Shown piece after piece: positions 1 through 11,000 of a stretch of 64,000 nucleotides of DNA; position 1 is the stretch's first letter; every line of letters begins with the position of its first letter. This DNA comes from an uncultured Armatimonadetes bacterium (GTDB lineage: Bacteria > Armatimonadota > UBA5829 > DTJY01): assembly GCA_963717145.1 (NCBI GenBank), contig OY970325.1, forward strand, positions 544,001-608,000. The letters are read 5' to 3'. Below the pieces are notes generated by a model. It saw only the letters and a program-made list of their open reading frames with translations, searched no databases and was not told the origin of the DNA. The translations under genes and the position numbers were made by a program.

Positions 1-926
1 ATCACGCAGTTCCCGCAGGCATTCCGGTAGAGGGTGTATTCCGTGCCGTTACAGTCAAACGTGAATGTGCCGTCGCCGTTGCCGTTACCGGCGCCATAGT
101 CGCCACCCGGGCCCGATTTGCCCCCGGCAGGGTCGTTTGGAACGACCGTCCCAATGTTTACCACGCCCCTCCGCAGGTCCGGCGGGACCATGCATCCGCC
201 TGGGCCGCAGGACCCGCAGCCCCCGCCACCGGTCATCGGGGGAAGATCGTCGCAGGCATCCGTTGGATCCTTCACGGTGACCACAATGGTTTCGCTGCAA
301 TCACCGACTTCGACTGTGATCTTGTGTTTTCCAGCCGTCCCCCAGCCTTCTTCTTTCGTGTAGGAGACCCCATTGGTCTGTGTGTACACTCCATCTTCAT
401 ACCAGGCCAGCCAGCTCTCAGGACCGCCATCATTCGTGGTGGCGGTGTAGATCGCCTGCTGGTTCGTACATACCGTGCGGGGACCGTCTATCGAGCCAAC
501 TCCAACCACCGTAAACGACAGAGTCTCATTCTCATCGTTGTCGTCATAATACTCATCAGTGTCAATCGCAGTTACGTCCAGGTTGACGGGACCGGGGGGA
601 GGCGTCCACTCACCTGAGTAGACGCCGTCTTCGCCTCTGACTTTCGAACCCAACCATCCTCCGTCGAATTGCAGAGTGTCCATCTTCGGGGTGCCTATCG
701 GGTGGTCCTCAAAGTAGCAGTCGCAATCATATGCATGCAGAGTCACATCCTCGCCACAGCGCATGTAACCATCCCAGATCGGCCCCGAGAGGCTCAAGTA
801 GATCGGCTCCTCATCGTACGGGCCGTTGCATCCGCCCGACAGACACCCCGCAAGGACCATAGACGGCGCGCACACGGTCAGGGCGACTGTGGCTGCAATG
901 AACAGCAGCATAAACCTTGCATTCAT
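1..926 (-). CDS. Secreted Cys-rich hypothetical protein, N-terminal part only (runs off the window edge)
   Basis: Manually translated; absent from the ORF track because it has no stop in the window. GGAGG RBS at 936-940, ATG at 926, MNARFMLLFIAATVALTVCAPSMVLA signal peptide. Open to position 3, with Ig-like beta-rich stretches (GKHKITVEVG) and a GGGCGSCGPGGC motif. Confidence 0.75.
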   Translation of the reverse strand, partial: MNARFMLLFIAATVALTVCAPSMVLAGCLSGGCNGPYDEEPIYLSLSGPIWDGYMRCGEDVTLHAYDCDCYFEDHPIGTPKMDTLQFDGGWLGSKVRGEDGVYSGEWTPPPGPVNLDVTAIDTDEYYDDNDENETLSFTVVGVGSIDGPRTVCTNQQAIYTATTNDGGPESWLAWYEDGVYTQTNGVSYTKEEGWGTAGKHKITVEVGDCSETIVVTVKDPTDACDDLPPMTGGGGCGSCGPGGCMVPPDLRRGVVNIGTVVPNDPAGGKSGPGGDYGAGNGNGDGTFTFDCNGTEYTLYRNACGNCV

Positions 927-954
927 ATTCGTATTCCTCCAGTTGTCTGTACAG

Positions 955-2073
955 CTATTTCCATGGCATCAGCGGAACACCGGCAGGCTCGCTGAAGACG
1001 CCTCCAGACAGATCCTGCAACTCCGTTAGATCCGGAGTTGGAGTATTCGGGCCGAGGTAGTGGTAGCTATAAACGCCAAACCCCACTGCACCGGCGGCCC
1101 TGGCATCGACGATATGCTTCATCGTGAGATCGGGCGCAAGGCGGTATGCTCCTATTCCTGCGTAGACGTGCCGCCCGTGAGCAGCAGCCAATGCCGCAGA
1201 AGCATACTCGGGCATCTTATCTTCGGTCAGGTAGAGCATCGCGATTATGAAATCGACCATGCTGTCCCTCAACCATGCCTCATAGTCCTGAAAGAAGAAT
1301 CCGGCGGCTGTCTCCGGCTTCATGATACCGGACACAGAGAGCTTGACAGAGGGCCTGACGGAGACGACGGCCGCATGCACATCGCGCACCAGTGCGGTTA
1401 CCTGGTCCCGCCGCCATTGGCACCAAATCGGATCGTCATCCTCCGGAACCTCCGAGATGGACTGCTCTTGTTTGAAGCGCGCAACGCTGATGGCATTGTA
1501 GCCATATTTCGCGACCGGATACCTGATGTTGTCCAGATGAATGCCGTCCACCTGGTAGTTGTTCAAGACATCGGTGACCACCGACACGAACTGCTCCCTC
1601 ACCGCCGGGATCCCCGGATCAACCCATATCTTGCCAGTTCCAACGATCGTCTTTCCATCCCTATCCGCCATCAGCCATTCGGGATGAGCGAGATGGATAG
1701 CACTCGCCGCCGGTCTGGACCACTTCGAGTCGAGGGCGACCTCATAGACCGAGAGCCAGGCGTGGACCTGCATGCCGACCGCGTGGGCTTGGGTGATGAT
1801 ATCGGCGAGGGGATCGTAGTCGGCGGCGATATCGGAGGCCTTCGGTTCGATGTGGGAGTTGTAGTAGGCGTCCCCGCGCTTGCGCACCTGGACGATGAGC
1901 GCGTTGAAGTTCGCCGCCCTTGCAGCGGTCACCATCTGAGTGACCTGCTCGTGCGTCTTGAATCCGGGGTGGAACGCATCCACATAGAGCCCGCGGAACT
2001 CGTTGGCATAGGAAATCGTGCCGAGGAGAAGAAGGAAGGCCGAGGCGGTGATGAGACGAAAAACATGTTTCAT
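955..2073 (-). CDS. Glycoside hydrolase-like family 10 (GHL10/YddW, DUF187) secreted protein
   Basis: Signal peptide; motifs EFRGLYVD, NFNALIVQVRKRGDAYY, YDPLADII, GMQVHAW, YQVDGIHLDNIRYP, WRRDQVT; GGAGG RBS. Confidence 0.88.
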   Translation of the reverse strand: MKHVFRLITASAFLLLLGTISYANEFRGLYVDAFHPGFKTHEQVTQMVTAARAANFNALIVQVRKRGDAYYNSHIEPKASDIAADYDPLADIITQAHAVGMQVHAWLSVYEVALDSKWSRPAASAIHLAHPEWLMADRDGKTIVGTGKIWVDPGIPAVREQFVSVVTDVLNNYQVDGIHLDNIRYPVAKYGYNAISVARFKQEQSISEVPEDDDPIWCQWRRDQVTALVRDVHAAVVSVRPSVKLSVSGIMKPETAAGFFFQDYEAWLRDSMVDFIIAMLYLTEDKMPEYASAALAAAHGRHVYAGIGAYRLAPDLTMKHIVDARAAGAVGFGVYSYHYLGPNTPTPDLTELQDLSGGVFSEPAGVPLMPWK

Positions 2074-2094
2074 GTTGCTCCATACCTCCAGGGA

Positions 2095-2122
2095 GAATCC
2101 GAAATTCGAAACTCGAAACTTC
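2095..2122. repeat. Short 7-bp (TCGAAAT/C-type) tandem repeat
   Basis: aatccgaaattcgaaactcgaaacttc; the same family occurs at 34881-35025. Confidence 0.6.
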
Positions 2123-2373
2123 AGGCAAACACTACTTCACGTAAACTCGCGCATATCTTCGAGGCCATCGAGGGTAGCGGGACATGATAGGCCTCATATT
2201 TGTGGTTCACCTACAGTATAACGCCAAATCGCACGAAACGATACGGCCCTCGCATGATGTTTTCGTGAACTCTTTGTGACGCCTTCGACACAGTTCGGCG
2301 TGCACTCGGGTTGCCTCGGTTTGCGTATCCCCGACCTTGGTTCGGAAGGGCTCCGGGAGCTAGCCGGACGTGT

Positions 2374-2472
2374 CACTTCTGCAGGAGTGGTCCACCACTT
2401 CTGCAGTCGGAGCCCTACACTACTGCAGTTGGTGACCACCACTTCTGCAGAAGTACCCTGCCACTTCTGCTG
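2374..2472. repeat. Five CACTTCTGCAG boxes at an exact 22-bp period
   Basis: Boxes start at 2374, 2396, 2418, 2440 and 2462, separated by variable 11-bp linkers. Confidence 0.85.
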
Positions 2473-2483
2473 TCGGAAGGCGC

Positions 2484-2997
2484 CCGGGAGTCAGCCGGAG
2501 ACGACTTGTCTATAGAAGTATGACCACCGGGAGTCAGCCGGAGACGATACTTCTATGGAAGTATGACCACCGGGAGTCAGCCGGAGACGACTTGTCTGTA
2601 GAAGTATGACCACCGGGAGTCAGCCGGAGACGACTTGTCTGTAGAAGTATGACCACCGGGAGCTAGCCGGAGACGATACTTCTATGGAAGTATGACCACC
2701 GGGAGTCAGCCGGAGACGATACTTCTATAGAAGTATGACCACCGGGAGTCAGCCGGAGACGATACTTCTATGGAAGTATGACCACCGGGAGCTAGCCGGA
2801 GACGATACTTCTATGGAAGTATGACCACCGGGAGCTAGCCGGAGACGATACTTCTATGGAAGTATGACCACCGGGAGCTAGCCGGAGACGATACTTCTAT
2901 GGAAGTATGACCACCGGGAGTCAGCCGGAGACGATACTTCTATGGAAGTATGACCACCGGGAGCTAGCCGGAGACGACCCGTCTGTAGAAGTATGAC
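2484..2997. repeat. Tandem array of 12 x 43-bp units with internal palindromes
   Basis: Unit CCGGGAG(TC/CT)AGCCGGAGACGATACTTCTAT(G/A)GAAGTATGACCA; copies start at 2484 and every 43 bp up to 2957. No unique spacers. Confidence 0.95.
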
Positions 2998-3027
2998 AGC
3001 GTTGGGTTGCTGGTGACAACAGAGCCG

Positions 3028-3053
3028 GATTCTTCACTGCGCTCAGAATGACA
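3028..3053. repeat. Single REP-like unit (GATTCTTC..GCTCAGAATGACA family)
   Basis: Matches one arm of the inverted repeat at 45980-46038; it supplies the stop codon of the NPCBM gene. Confidence 0.7.
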
Positions 3054-5734
3054 GCGCTGTGATCTTCACCATGGCGCATCCCCTTCGGAGCGGCACGGTA
3101 AGGCGAAGGACATCGCCCTCCACCTCGGCGTTCACCGTTGCGGGGTGGGGGATGCCGGGATGGAGTGCCTCCACCACGGGATGCTTTGGCCACTCCTTGA
3201 GACTTGACGGCTTGCGGATGGTGACACGGACGCTCTCCGCCTTCCCGCCGAACGTGACCGGAACGATGTAGGCGCCGGGGACCTCGAAGAGGTTCGCCTT
3301 AGACGTCCCCTCGACCTCGATCACGTGCGGCTCGAGCACCCACTTCTTTCCTCGCATCAGGTCGAGCAGCGGCCCGTATTCGAGGTACCACTTGTCCGCG
3401 AACTCCGACGGGCGGATGGTGTGATCGTTCAAGGGGACCGGGGCTGTCGGGAAGACGCCGAGGTGGAGGTGCCGCTGGAAGAAACCGTCAGGGTCGTTGC
3501 CGAGCGCCCATGCCTCGGGAGTCCATGCTATCGCCGGCTTTCGGACGCAGAGGAACGCCGTCCCGTTCAGATAAACACCCTGATGGCCGAACTCATGATA
3601 GACACCATCCGCTTCCCTGAGCAGGTCGAGTCGCATGCTCGTCAACGGGTTGACGAAGATCACCTTGCCGTTGGAGTGCATCAGAGCCCCCAGCTTGCTC
3701 ATCGTGGACTTCCATGATTCGCCGAGACAGCGCATGGGCTTCCCATCGCGCCAGGAAACGCCGTCGTCGGCTTTGCTGTTGTAGCAGTTGAGCCAGTCCA
3801 TCCGGTCGATGCATATCCCCGACGATGCCGGCAGCTTCTCGATGTGACGGCGGGCCTGATCGAGCAGGAAGTTCTGATATGAGGGAACGCCGCAGTCGAG
3901 CAGGATGCTGTTGCCCCAACTCGAGAATTGGCCCCCGGACAGATCGGTCACGATTGCATCGCCGAAAGTGGAGAAGACGTACTTGCCTGGGTCCGACCAG
4001 GGCTTGCCGGGCACGGGCGGAGTGGTGGCGACCGTTCCCACCTCGGTCATGTTGAAGTAGTTCAGGACATGGAAGCCCGCTTCGCGCATCCTCTCGGAAT
4101 AGGCCAGCCATTCGGTTGATGGAGGTATCGTTATCCTTGCCAATCGGCGTGCCGTCTGAATAGAGGTCGAACCTCGGCCACGTCTCATCGTCGCTCTTCA
4201 CGGGAGGGAGAAACATGCCGATGTAGGGGAAGTCGAAGCTCGCCTTCCAGTTCACTCGGAAAGCCATCTTCTTGAACCGCTCGACATCGAGATCGCCCTC
4301 GTAATAGGAGTAGGCCCCACATCCGGCAATGTCATCGGCCTTTGGATTCGGCGGGTTGAAATAGACCGGGTAGCGGCTCACCATCCATCCGAGGCCCGCG
4401 CGCCAATCGGCTTTGTGGGGCACGAAATCGGCCGAGAACGTGACCGGGCTTGCGCGCCCTATGCGATGGTCCGACCTTGCGAACGTGATAGAGCCATCGC
4501 TGCCCGTGCTGAATGACGCACCGAGATAGACGTCCTCAGGGGAGAGAATCAGGCTCAGTCCGGCATCATCGGACGGCATGAGGATCGAGGCGATTGGAAG
4601 GCTCACCATGCCTATGGACATGCTCCGTGCGGCGAACTCCTTCGCGACCAGTGGATCATTCCAGCCTCCGGTCCCCCCGTCTCCCAGTCCCCGCGTCCCC
4701 GTGTCGCTGCCGGGGTCATCCCAGGCGGTCCAGAAGAGCGAGTCCTTCGTCTCCGGCCAGCGGAACTGCGAGATGATCGGCGTGGTCCACGGCCCGCCCT
4801 TGCCGACGATCTCGATCTCCCACCGGATGCTGTTCTTCGTCGGGATGAAGCGCTCGATCACCCGGCACTCATCCCCGGCGATCGTTCGGGCAGGAGTTGC
4901 GGCCCTCGTTCGGGCAGGAGTTGTACTCCTGCCCGCAGCACTGCCTTGGGAGTTCAACTCCCCCTCCAGTACTGCGGGCAGGAGTACAACTCCTGCCCGA
5001 ACGAGGGAGGTTGCCGGGTGAACGAGAGTGCGCTCGAACTCCATACCGCCGTTTCGCAGTACGATAGCCTTGACATCCCCATCCTTGCATCCGAGCAGTC
5101 GCAGTCTGCCCGCAATGGGATGCGTCGCGTTGCCCAGTATGACCGCGCAGACCTCTCCCTTGTCAGAGAGCTTGAGGGTGATCCCCGGGGCACGGACGGA
5201 GTACTTCGCGGTTGGAACAGGCATACTCCTGGGCGTACCGATCAGGACCGCGTCGGCCCAGTCGGCATGATCGCAGGTCGAGCCGTCGCCGGTATCTTCC
5301 ACGACGAGCTTCAACTCGTTCGCGCCGTAGATGGGGACGCTGACCGGCATCGCCGGGGAGTCGATCTTCATGACTCCGCTGGAGAACAGCTCCCGGCCGT
5401 CGGCGTAGACCTTGAAGACGATGCTCGGCTGCTTGTACTCCTTCATCTCGGCATCGACGCCGACGAGGGCCTTGAAGCGCCCATACTGCCCGTCGAGGTC
5501 ATAGACGATCTCGCTCCGGGCATGGGCGCCGAGTCCGCGCTCGAATACCCGGTCGCCGATCTGCAGAGGTTTGCCCTGGACGCTCTTGTTGACTCGAAGC
5601 TGCCCCCATCCCTGTGAGGAGTAGATCGGCCCGAGTGTGTCGAGCCCGATGGTGTCGGCGGCCAGAGGAAGAGGTAACGCCAGTCCGGCCAGGAGAGCGG
5701 CGATGATCAGAATTACGGTAACACTCGTTGTCAT
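3043..5734 (-). CDS. Secreted NPCBM/NEW2-domain glycoside-hydrolase-like protein, with an apparent frameshift near 4110
   Basis: NPCBM motifs (QGWG..NKSVQGKPLQIG..FERGLGAHA..DHADWADA) in ORF 3593..5755. The catalytic-like C-terminus (GFHVLNYFN..GICIDRMDW) continues in ORF 3043..4188; removing one base near 4110 joins them. Confidence 0.75.
4903..5007. repeat. REPIN-like palindromic element inserted in frame in a CDS (GGAG-TTGTA-CTCC family, copy A)
   Basis: Inverted pair GTTCGGGCAGGAGTTGTACTCCTGCCC ... GGGCAGGAGTACAACTCCTGCCCGAAC, 105 bp; partial extra copy at 4882-4899. Confidence 0.85.
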
Positions 5735-5791
5735 GTTTCCCTCCGAAGCGATCACGTCCGCTCCCCTGCCGACCTCAGTGCTGGAGCAGCA

Positions 5792-6529
5792 TCACTTGAT
5801 GGCGAGAAGCTCGATGTCGAAGAGAAGTGTGGCGTTCGGGCCGATGTCCGGGCCATTCCCCGCCTCACCATATCCGATTGCCGAAGGAACGACGAGCTGC
5901 CACTTCGAGCCAACAGGCATGAGCAGTAAGGCTTCCGTCCACGCGGGAATGACTCCACCGACTTGGAAGGACGAGGGGGCAGGGTGGCGGTCCGAGCTGT
6001 CGAATTCCGTGCCGTCGAGAAGCGTTCCTCGGTACTTGCATTCCACGGTGTCGGTGCGGGCCGGCTTCTTGCCTGTGCCTGCCTTGATGATCTTGTACTG
6101 CAGCCCGCTCGGAAGGGTGACAACGCCAGGCTTCTTCTTGTTCTCAGCGAGGAAGGCCTCTTCATCCTTCTTGTTCTTCTCAGCAGCAGCGGCCTCTGCC
6201 GCAGCCTGCTTCTGCATAAGCTCGTTAGAGAACTGAACCAGAGTTTTCTGCATCTCGTCGTCGGTCATGAGGAGCTTCGCGCCGGCGAATGCGTCCTTCA
6301 TCGCCTTCGCGAGGATGTCCACATTGAGTTCGGCCCCGTCCTGGCGGAGGCTTTTCGCTATCTGGATGCCGATGGCGTAGCTTACCTTGTCCATCTGAGT
6401 CGTCAGTGTCAGAGCCTTTGAGGGAGCAGGTTTGGCCTCCGCGGGCGGCGTGGCTGTTGTGGCGGTCTCAGCGCCTACCTGAACGGACAGGATGCCGAGT
6501 GTCAGAACTGCTATCCATATGAATCTCAT
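5792..6529 (-). CDS. FKBP-type peptidyl-prolyl cis-trans isomerase (FkpA/Mip-like)
   Basis: Signal peptide MRFIWIAV; KVSYAIG N-domain; PSGLQYK, YRGTLLDGTEFDSS, VIPAWTEAL, IGPNATLLFDIELL. Confidence 0.95.
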   Translation of the reverse strand: MRFIWIAVLTLGILSVQVGAETATTATPPAEAKPAPSKALTLTTQMDKVSYAIGIQIAKSLRQDGAELNVDILAKAMKDAFAGAKLLMTDDEMQKTLVQFSNELMQKQAAAEAAAAEKNKKDEEAFLAENKKKPGVVTLPSGLQYKIIKAGTGKKPARTDTVECKYRGTLLDGTEFDSSDRHPAPSSFQVGGVIPAWTEALLLMPVGSKWQLVVPSAIGYGEAGNGPDIGPNATLLFDIELLAIK

Positions 6530-6651
6530 CGTTTTCCCTTTCTTGATGAACTGCGCCCGGCCGACTGGTGGACGCATGGACGTATTTGGCATGGGTCATT
6601 TTACCATGAGGGGCGCGCAGTGGGCAAGGCGCGCGGACGAGTCAGAATCGA

Positions 6652-7899
6652 TCAACGGCCGCATACGGCCCGCATCTCATCCGTCGTGATGAACCCGGCG
6701 GCGGAGCGCATCCGGTTGCCCGCGCGCACGAAATCGACGATCGCCCGCTGGAGCGAGGTCGTGGGAGTCAAGGCCGTGATATCGAGGGTCCCACTGCCGA
6801 ACGCCAGGTCGTAGCACTGACCCTCCGAGCCGACTACCGGCAGCAGGTGGAACGGCGACTGGAACTTCACGATATTCGACTCAGGTGGCAGAATCTTCGG
6901 AAGGCTCGGATCGAGCAGCCACGACCAGCAGGTGAACGACGTGAACTTCATCTGGGGATAGTAGCTGGGGAAGAACTCGATCGCCTGAATATAAGATGCC
7001 AGGCAATCTTCCCAGAGCAGTTTGCCCCCGCTGGTCCGGCCGGGGATGTGCACCTCGACCATGTGGTCGCCGGGAGTAATGAGCGGTTGCCACTGGCTCG
7101 TTGAGAGTGTGATGGGTTCCCGTGCTGCCAGCGCGCCGGGCAGGACGGCATTCCCCCGCGCGAAATCATCGCCGATCTCGAACTCGGATTCCCAGGCGTT
7201 CGGATCGGTTACGCTGTTCGTGCCGTCCGCCACTCCATCGGTTCCATAGCGCTTTCCGCCTTCGCACAACGTCATCAGCTCGCCGGAGGTTCGATGCTGA
7301 TAGACGCGGAACGGCCAGGTGTAGTCGTTGGGGTTGAAGACCAGCCTTCCGAGGCGGAACATTTTCCCCTGGAAGTAGTTGCGCATCCATCCCAGGTAGC
7401 GCATGCCGTACACGCCGTATTTCGCATGGTAATCCCTGACCTGCGCTCCGCACTGCGCGAGTGAATCGACAGCGATCTGCTCCGATACACCCATCGCCCG
7501 GAAGACGTCAAGCGCGTGCTCCGTGCCGGAGACCAGAACGGCGATGCGGAAGAGTGGCGCACGCCCCCCGAGCACACCCTTCGGCGCGGAGAGGACATCC
7601 TCCGCCAGTGCTCGTCCGCCGGGCAGGTGGAACAGGAGGAAATGCCAGAGAAGCCCGAGTTCGATCAGGGCCGGGCGCTTCCTGATCTCAGCGCAGACCG
7701 ATTCGAGTTCGCCCATGCATTCAGTCGGCAGGGCGAAGACTTCCATCGCGTTCGGCGGAATCGAGCCCATCTCGACTCCGCATCCTCCGCCGGACCTCCA
7801 TTCCTCGAACGCCTGCCAGTGTGTCCTGCAGAATTCGTGGACCTGCTCGATGTCCAGTTCCCTGACGAGCTTCTCGATACCCGGGTTGCTGCTTTCCAT
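6652..7899 (-). CDS. Acyltransferase-domain protein (DUF5596 / GNAT-like C-terminal domain)
   Basis: FRLGRLVF, EVHIP, CWSWLLDPSL..LPPESNIVKFQ and TSLQRAI motifs are typical of this family. Start set at ATG 7899 because the upstream ORF extension crosses a terminator and a REP. Confidence 0.75.
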   Translation of the reverse strand: MESSNPGIEKLVRELDIEQVHEFCRTHWQAFEEWRSGGGCGVEMGSIPPNAMEVFALPTECMGELESVCAEIRKRPALIELGLLWHFLLFHLPGGRALAEDVLSAPKGVLGGRAPLFRIAVLVSGTEHALDVFRAMGVSEQIAVDSLAQCGAQVRDYHAKYGVYGMRYLGWMRNYFQGKMFRLGRLVFNPNDYTWPFRVYQHRTSGELMTLCEGGKRYGTDGVADGTNSVTDPNAWESEFEIGDDFARGNAVLPGALAAREPITLSTSQWQPLITPGDHMVEVHIPGRTSGGKLLWEDCLASYIQAIEFFPSYYPQMKFTSFTCWSWLLDPSLPKILPPESNIVKFQSPFHLLPVVGSEGQCYDLAFGSGTLDITALTPTTSLQRAIVDFVRAGNRMRSAAGFITTDEMRAVCGR

Positions 7900-7970
7900 A
7901 CCCCTGTCGGCCTCCAGTGCAGAATTAGGCGTCGGCAAGCAGTTGACCTGCCGGTTACCACATAAAGAAC

Positions 7971-7996
7971 TGAGGGCCGGCGGATGCCGGCCCTCA
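7971..7996 (-). terminator. Likely intrinsic terminator after amidase 1
   Basis: TGAGGGCCGGC-ggat-GCCGGCCCTCA hairpin followed on the minus strand by GTTCTTT. Confidence 0.65.
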
Positions 7997-8071
7997 ACGT
8001 TGGGGATGGAGTTGTACTCCATCCCCGCTGACCAGGAAAAAGGGGATGGAGTACAACTCCATCCCCAACGT
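7997..8071. repeat. REPIN-like element (GGAG-TTGTA-CTCC family, copy B)
   Basis: ACGTTGGGGATGGAGTTGTACTCCATCCCC ... GGGGATGGAGTACAACTCCATCCCCAACGT. Confidence 0.88.
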
Positions 8072-8094
8072 CTACTCAACGATCACTCAAGCGA

Positions 8095-11000
8095 TCAGTC
8101 GCCGCTGACCTGCTGGAATCTCGCGCCATCGGCGACGACGATCTTACCCGTCGCGCCGGTGCCGTTTCCGAGCTTGAGGTAGGCGCCCGTCCCGGGCCAG
8201 CGAAGTGCTTGCCGGTGAGCAGCGATCTCCAAGCTCCACCGTTCGTCGACTGGTTCCAGGCCACAGCCTGAGAACCGCCGTCCCAGTAGAGAGTGAACGG
8301 CGCGTTGGTCGCTCTGTTAGATCCTTGCGGATACCAGATGTAAGTGTCGAAGTTGCCGGCATAGGAGATGCTCGGCCGCCAGACAGCCGTCTTGGTCTCG
8401 CTGACAGCGGTGCTGGCGTAGTGGTAGTTGGTTAGGTACTTGTCGGCCGATGTGGTCTGAACCGTCCAAGCGCCGGTGAACGTGCACGCCGGGTTATCGA
8501 CAATCGCCTCCTGGTATCCCGGAGTCGTCGCACCAGCGCTCGTGCTCTGCGCCGAGTTGTTCTGGGCCGCGTCATAGGCCGACACCGTGTAGGTGTACGC
8601 AGTTCCGGGCGATCGGCCACCGTCGGAGTAGCTGGTGGTCGCCGAGGTCCCGATCTGTACGCCGCCTCGGAAGACCTTGTAGCCGGTCACGCCAACATTG
8701 TCCGTGGAAGCGGTCCAGGACAGGTTGATCCTCTGCGGACCGACGGCCGTCGCGGTGAGGCCGGTCGGGACCGTAGGCGGAATACCGTCGAGAGTCGTGG
8801 CGCTCGCCTGGGCGCTCTGGGCCGACTGATTGCCCATCGCGTCGTATGCCGCCACCTTGTAGGTGTAGAGAGTGCCTCCCGCGAGCCCGGTGCTCGAGTA
8901 GGAGGTCGTTGCGCTCGTCCCTATCTCGACGCCGTCCCGGAAGATCCTGTACCCGGTTACTCCCACGTTGTCGGTCGAGGCGGTCCAGGTCAGATTGATC
9001 TGGCTCGACGACACCGGGGTTGCCACCAGGTTGGTCGGCACGGTCGGAGCGGAGATGTCCGTCGACACGAGAAGGAATCGCACCGCATCCGCCATGACAC
9101 TCTTCGACACCTCACCGGTACCGTTGCCGAGCTTCACGTAGCCGGCCGTACCTGCGAGGAATCTCTTATTGGTGAGCAGAGTGTTCCACGCGCCACCACC
9201 GGCTGTCTGGTTGGCGGTCACGGTCTGCGAGCCGCCGTCCCAGTAGACGGTGTAAGGGGCCGCCACAGACCGGTTGCTTCCCTGAGGCCACCATCCGTAG
9301 ATCGTGTAGATCGCGGAGATGTCCATGGTCGGACGGAATGTCGCGGTCGCGGTCTCAGTCGCCTGAGTGGTGATGTACCGGTAGTCGGCGCCATACTTGT
9401 CCGTGGTTGCTGTTCCCGTGAACCACGAGCCCACGTAGGTTGCCGCCGGGTTATCAACGACGATATCCGTTGCATACGGAGTTGTCGCCACGGACTGGTT
9501 GCTCAGCCCGGAGTTGTTCCCTGCCGCGTCGTACGCGCTCACCGTGTAGGTGTAGGTCGTGTTCGGCGAGCAGGTGGTATCTGAGTAGGAGGTCGTCGCG
9601 CTGGTGCCGATCTGTGCGGCGTTGCGGAAGACCTTATACCCGGTGACGCCAACGTTGTCGGTCGAGGCGGTCCAGGCCAGGTTGCACTGGGTCCGGGAGA
9701 TCGCCGTCGCCACGAGTCCTGTCGGCGCGGTCGGAGCGATCGTGTCCGGAGTGGTCACGACTGCCGCTGTGCTCTGCGCCGAGTTGTTACTCGCCGCGTC
9801 ATAGGCACTGACCGTGTAGGAGTAGGTCTGTCCTGCCGAGCAGGTGGTGTCCGAGTAGGTGGTCGTCGCGCTCGTACCGATCTGCACGCCGCCTCGGAAG
9901 ACCTTGTAGCCGGTCACACCGACGTTGTCAGTGGACGCCGTCCACGAGCAGTTCACCTGCGTGCTCGAGATCGCCGTCGCGCTCAGTCCGGTGGGAACGC
10001 TCGGCGGAGTGGTGTCTCCACCTTGCGTCGTCACGGGGACGCCTGCTGTCTGAGCGGAGGTATTCCCCGACCCGTCGTAGGCAGATACCTTGTAGGTATA
10101 TGTGGTGTTCGCGGAAAGGCCGGTGTCCGAGTACGACGGAGCAACGCTCGTACCGATCTGGACGTCGTTCCGGTAGACCTTGTACCCGTTCACGCCCTTG
10201 GCGTCGGAGGAAGCGGCCCACGTCAGGTTGATCTGGGTCTGAGACGTCGCTGTTCCCCCCAGACCTGTCGGCACGCTCGGCGCGGTGGTGTCGAAGCCGT
10301 CGTGCTCGGACAATATGTAGTCCACGATCCAGCGGTTGCCGTGGTTTGTCTGGTCGAAGTCCAGCCGGAGCTGAGTGATATGTCCGGCAGGCCAGGTGGC
10401 GTTCCGGCCAACCGGCAGATAGACATCGGCCCAGGCATCCTGCGCGACGTAGGTGACGTGTGTCGACTTGGACTCGCTCCAGGTGCCGTCCGCGCTCGTG
10501 ATCCAGTATAACGCCATGTCATGGACGTTCGTGCTCCCGTTCTGTGGGAAGACACGTACGTGGATCCAGTCGTTGACGCCGCCGAGGTAGTTGTAGGGGA
10601 AGCCGCTGCCGCTGAGGCTGGGGCTCAGGAGAATGGCGTCATTCGCCGTCTGATCGGTTACGAGAATGCCCGGCCATCCGCCTGATGTCTGCCAGGGTGC
10701 CGTCAACGCGTTGCCGGCGTACCAGCCCATGACATCGCCGGCGTTGTCGTAGTGCCACCAGAGCGCATTCTGCAGCACGAAGTGGTTTACGATCCAGCGG
10801 TTGCCATGGTTCACCTGGTCGAAGTCCAGTCGCAGTTGGTTGATCGTCTGTCCCCACCACTTGGCATTGTTGATGTAGAGGTTGACGGTCGCCCAACTGT
10901 TCTGCGCATTGTAGTTGACGACGGGAGTGGACTTGGGCGCATCCCAGAAGTTCTCACCATTGGTCTTCCAGAAGAGCTGCAGGTCATGCGCTGCCGTGTT

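Noticed and set aside
2484-2997. CRISPR array
   Set aside because: Units are contiguous near-identical 43-mers with no unique spacers, and there are no cas genes in the window.
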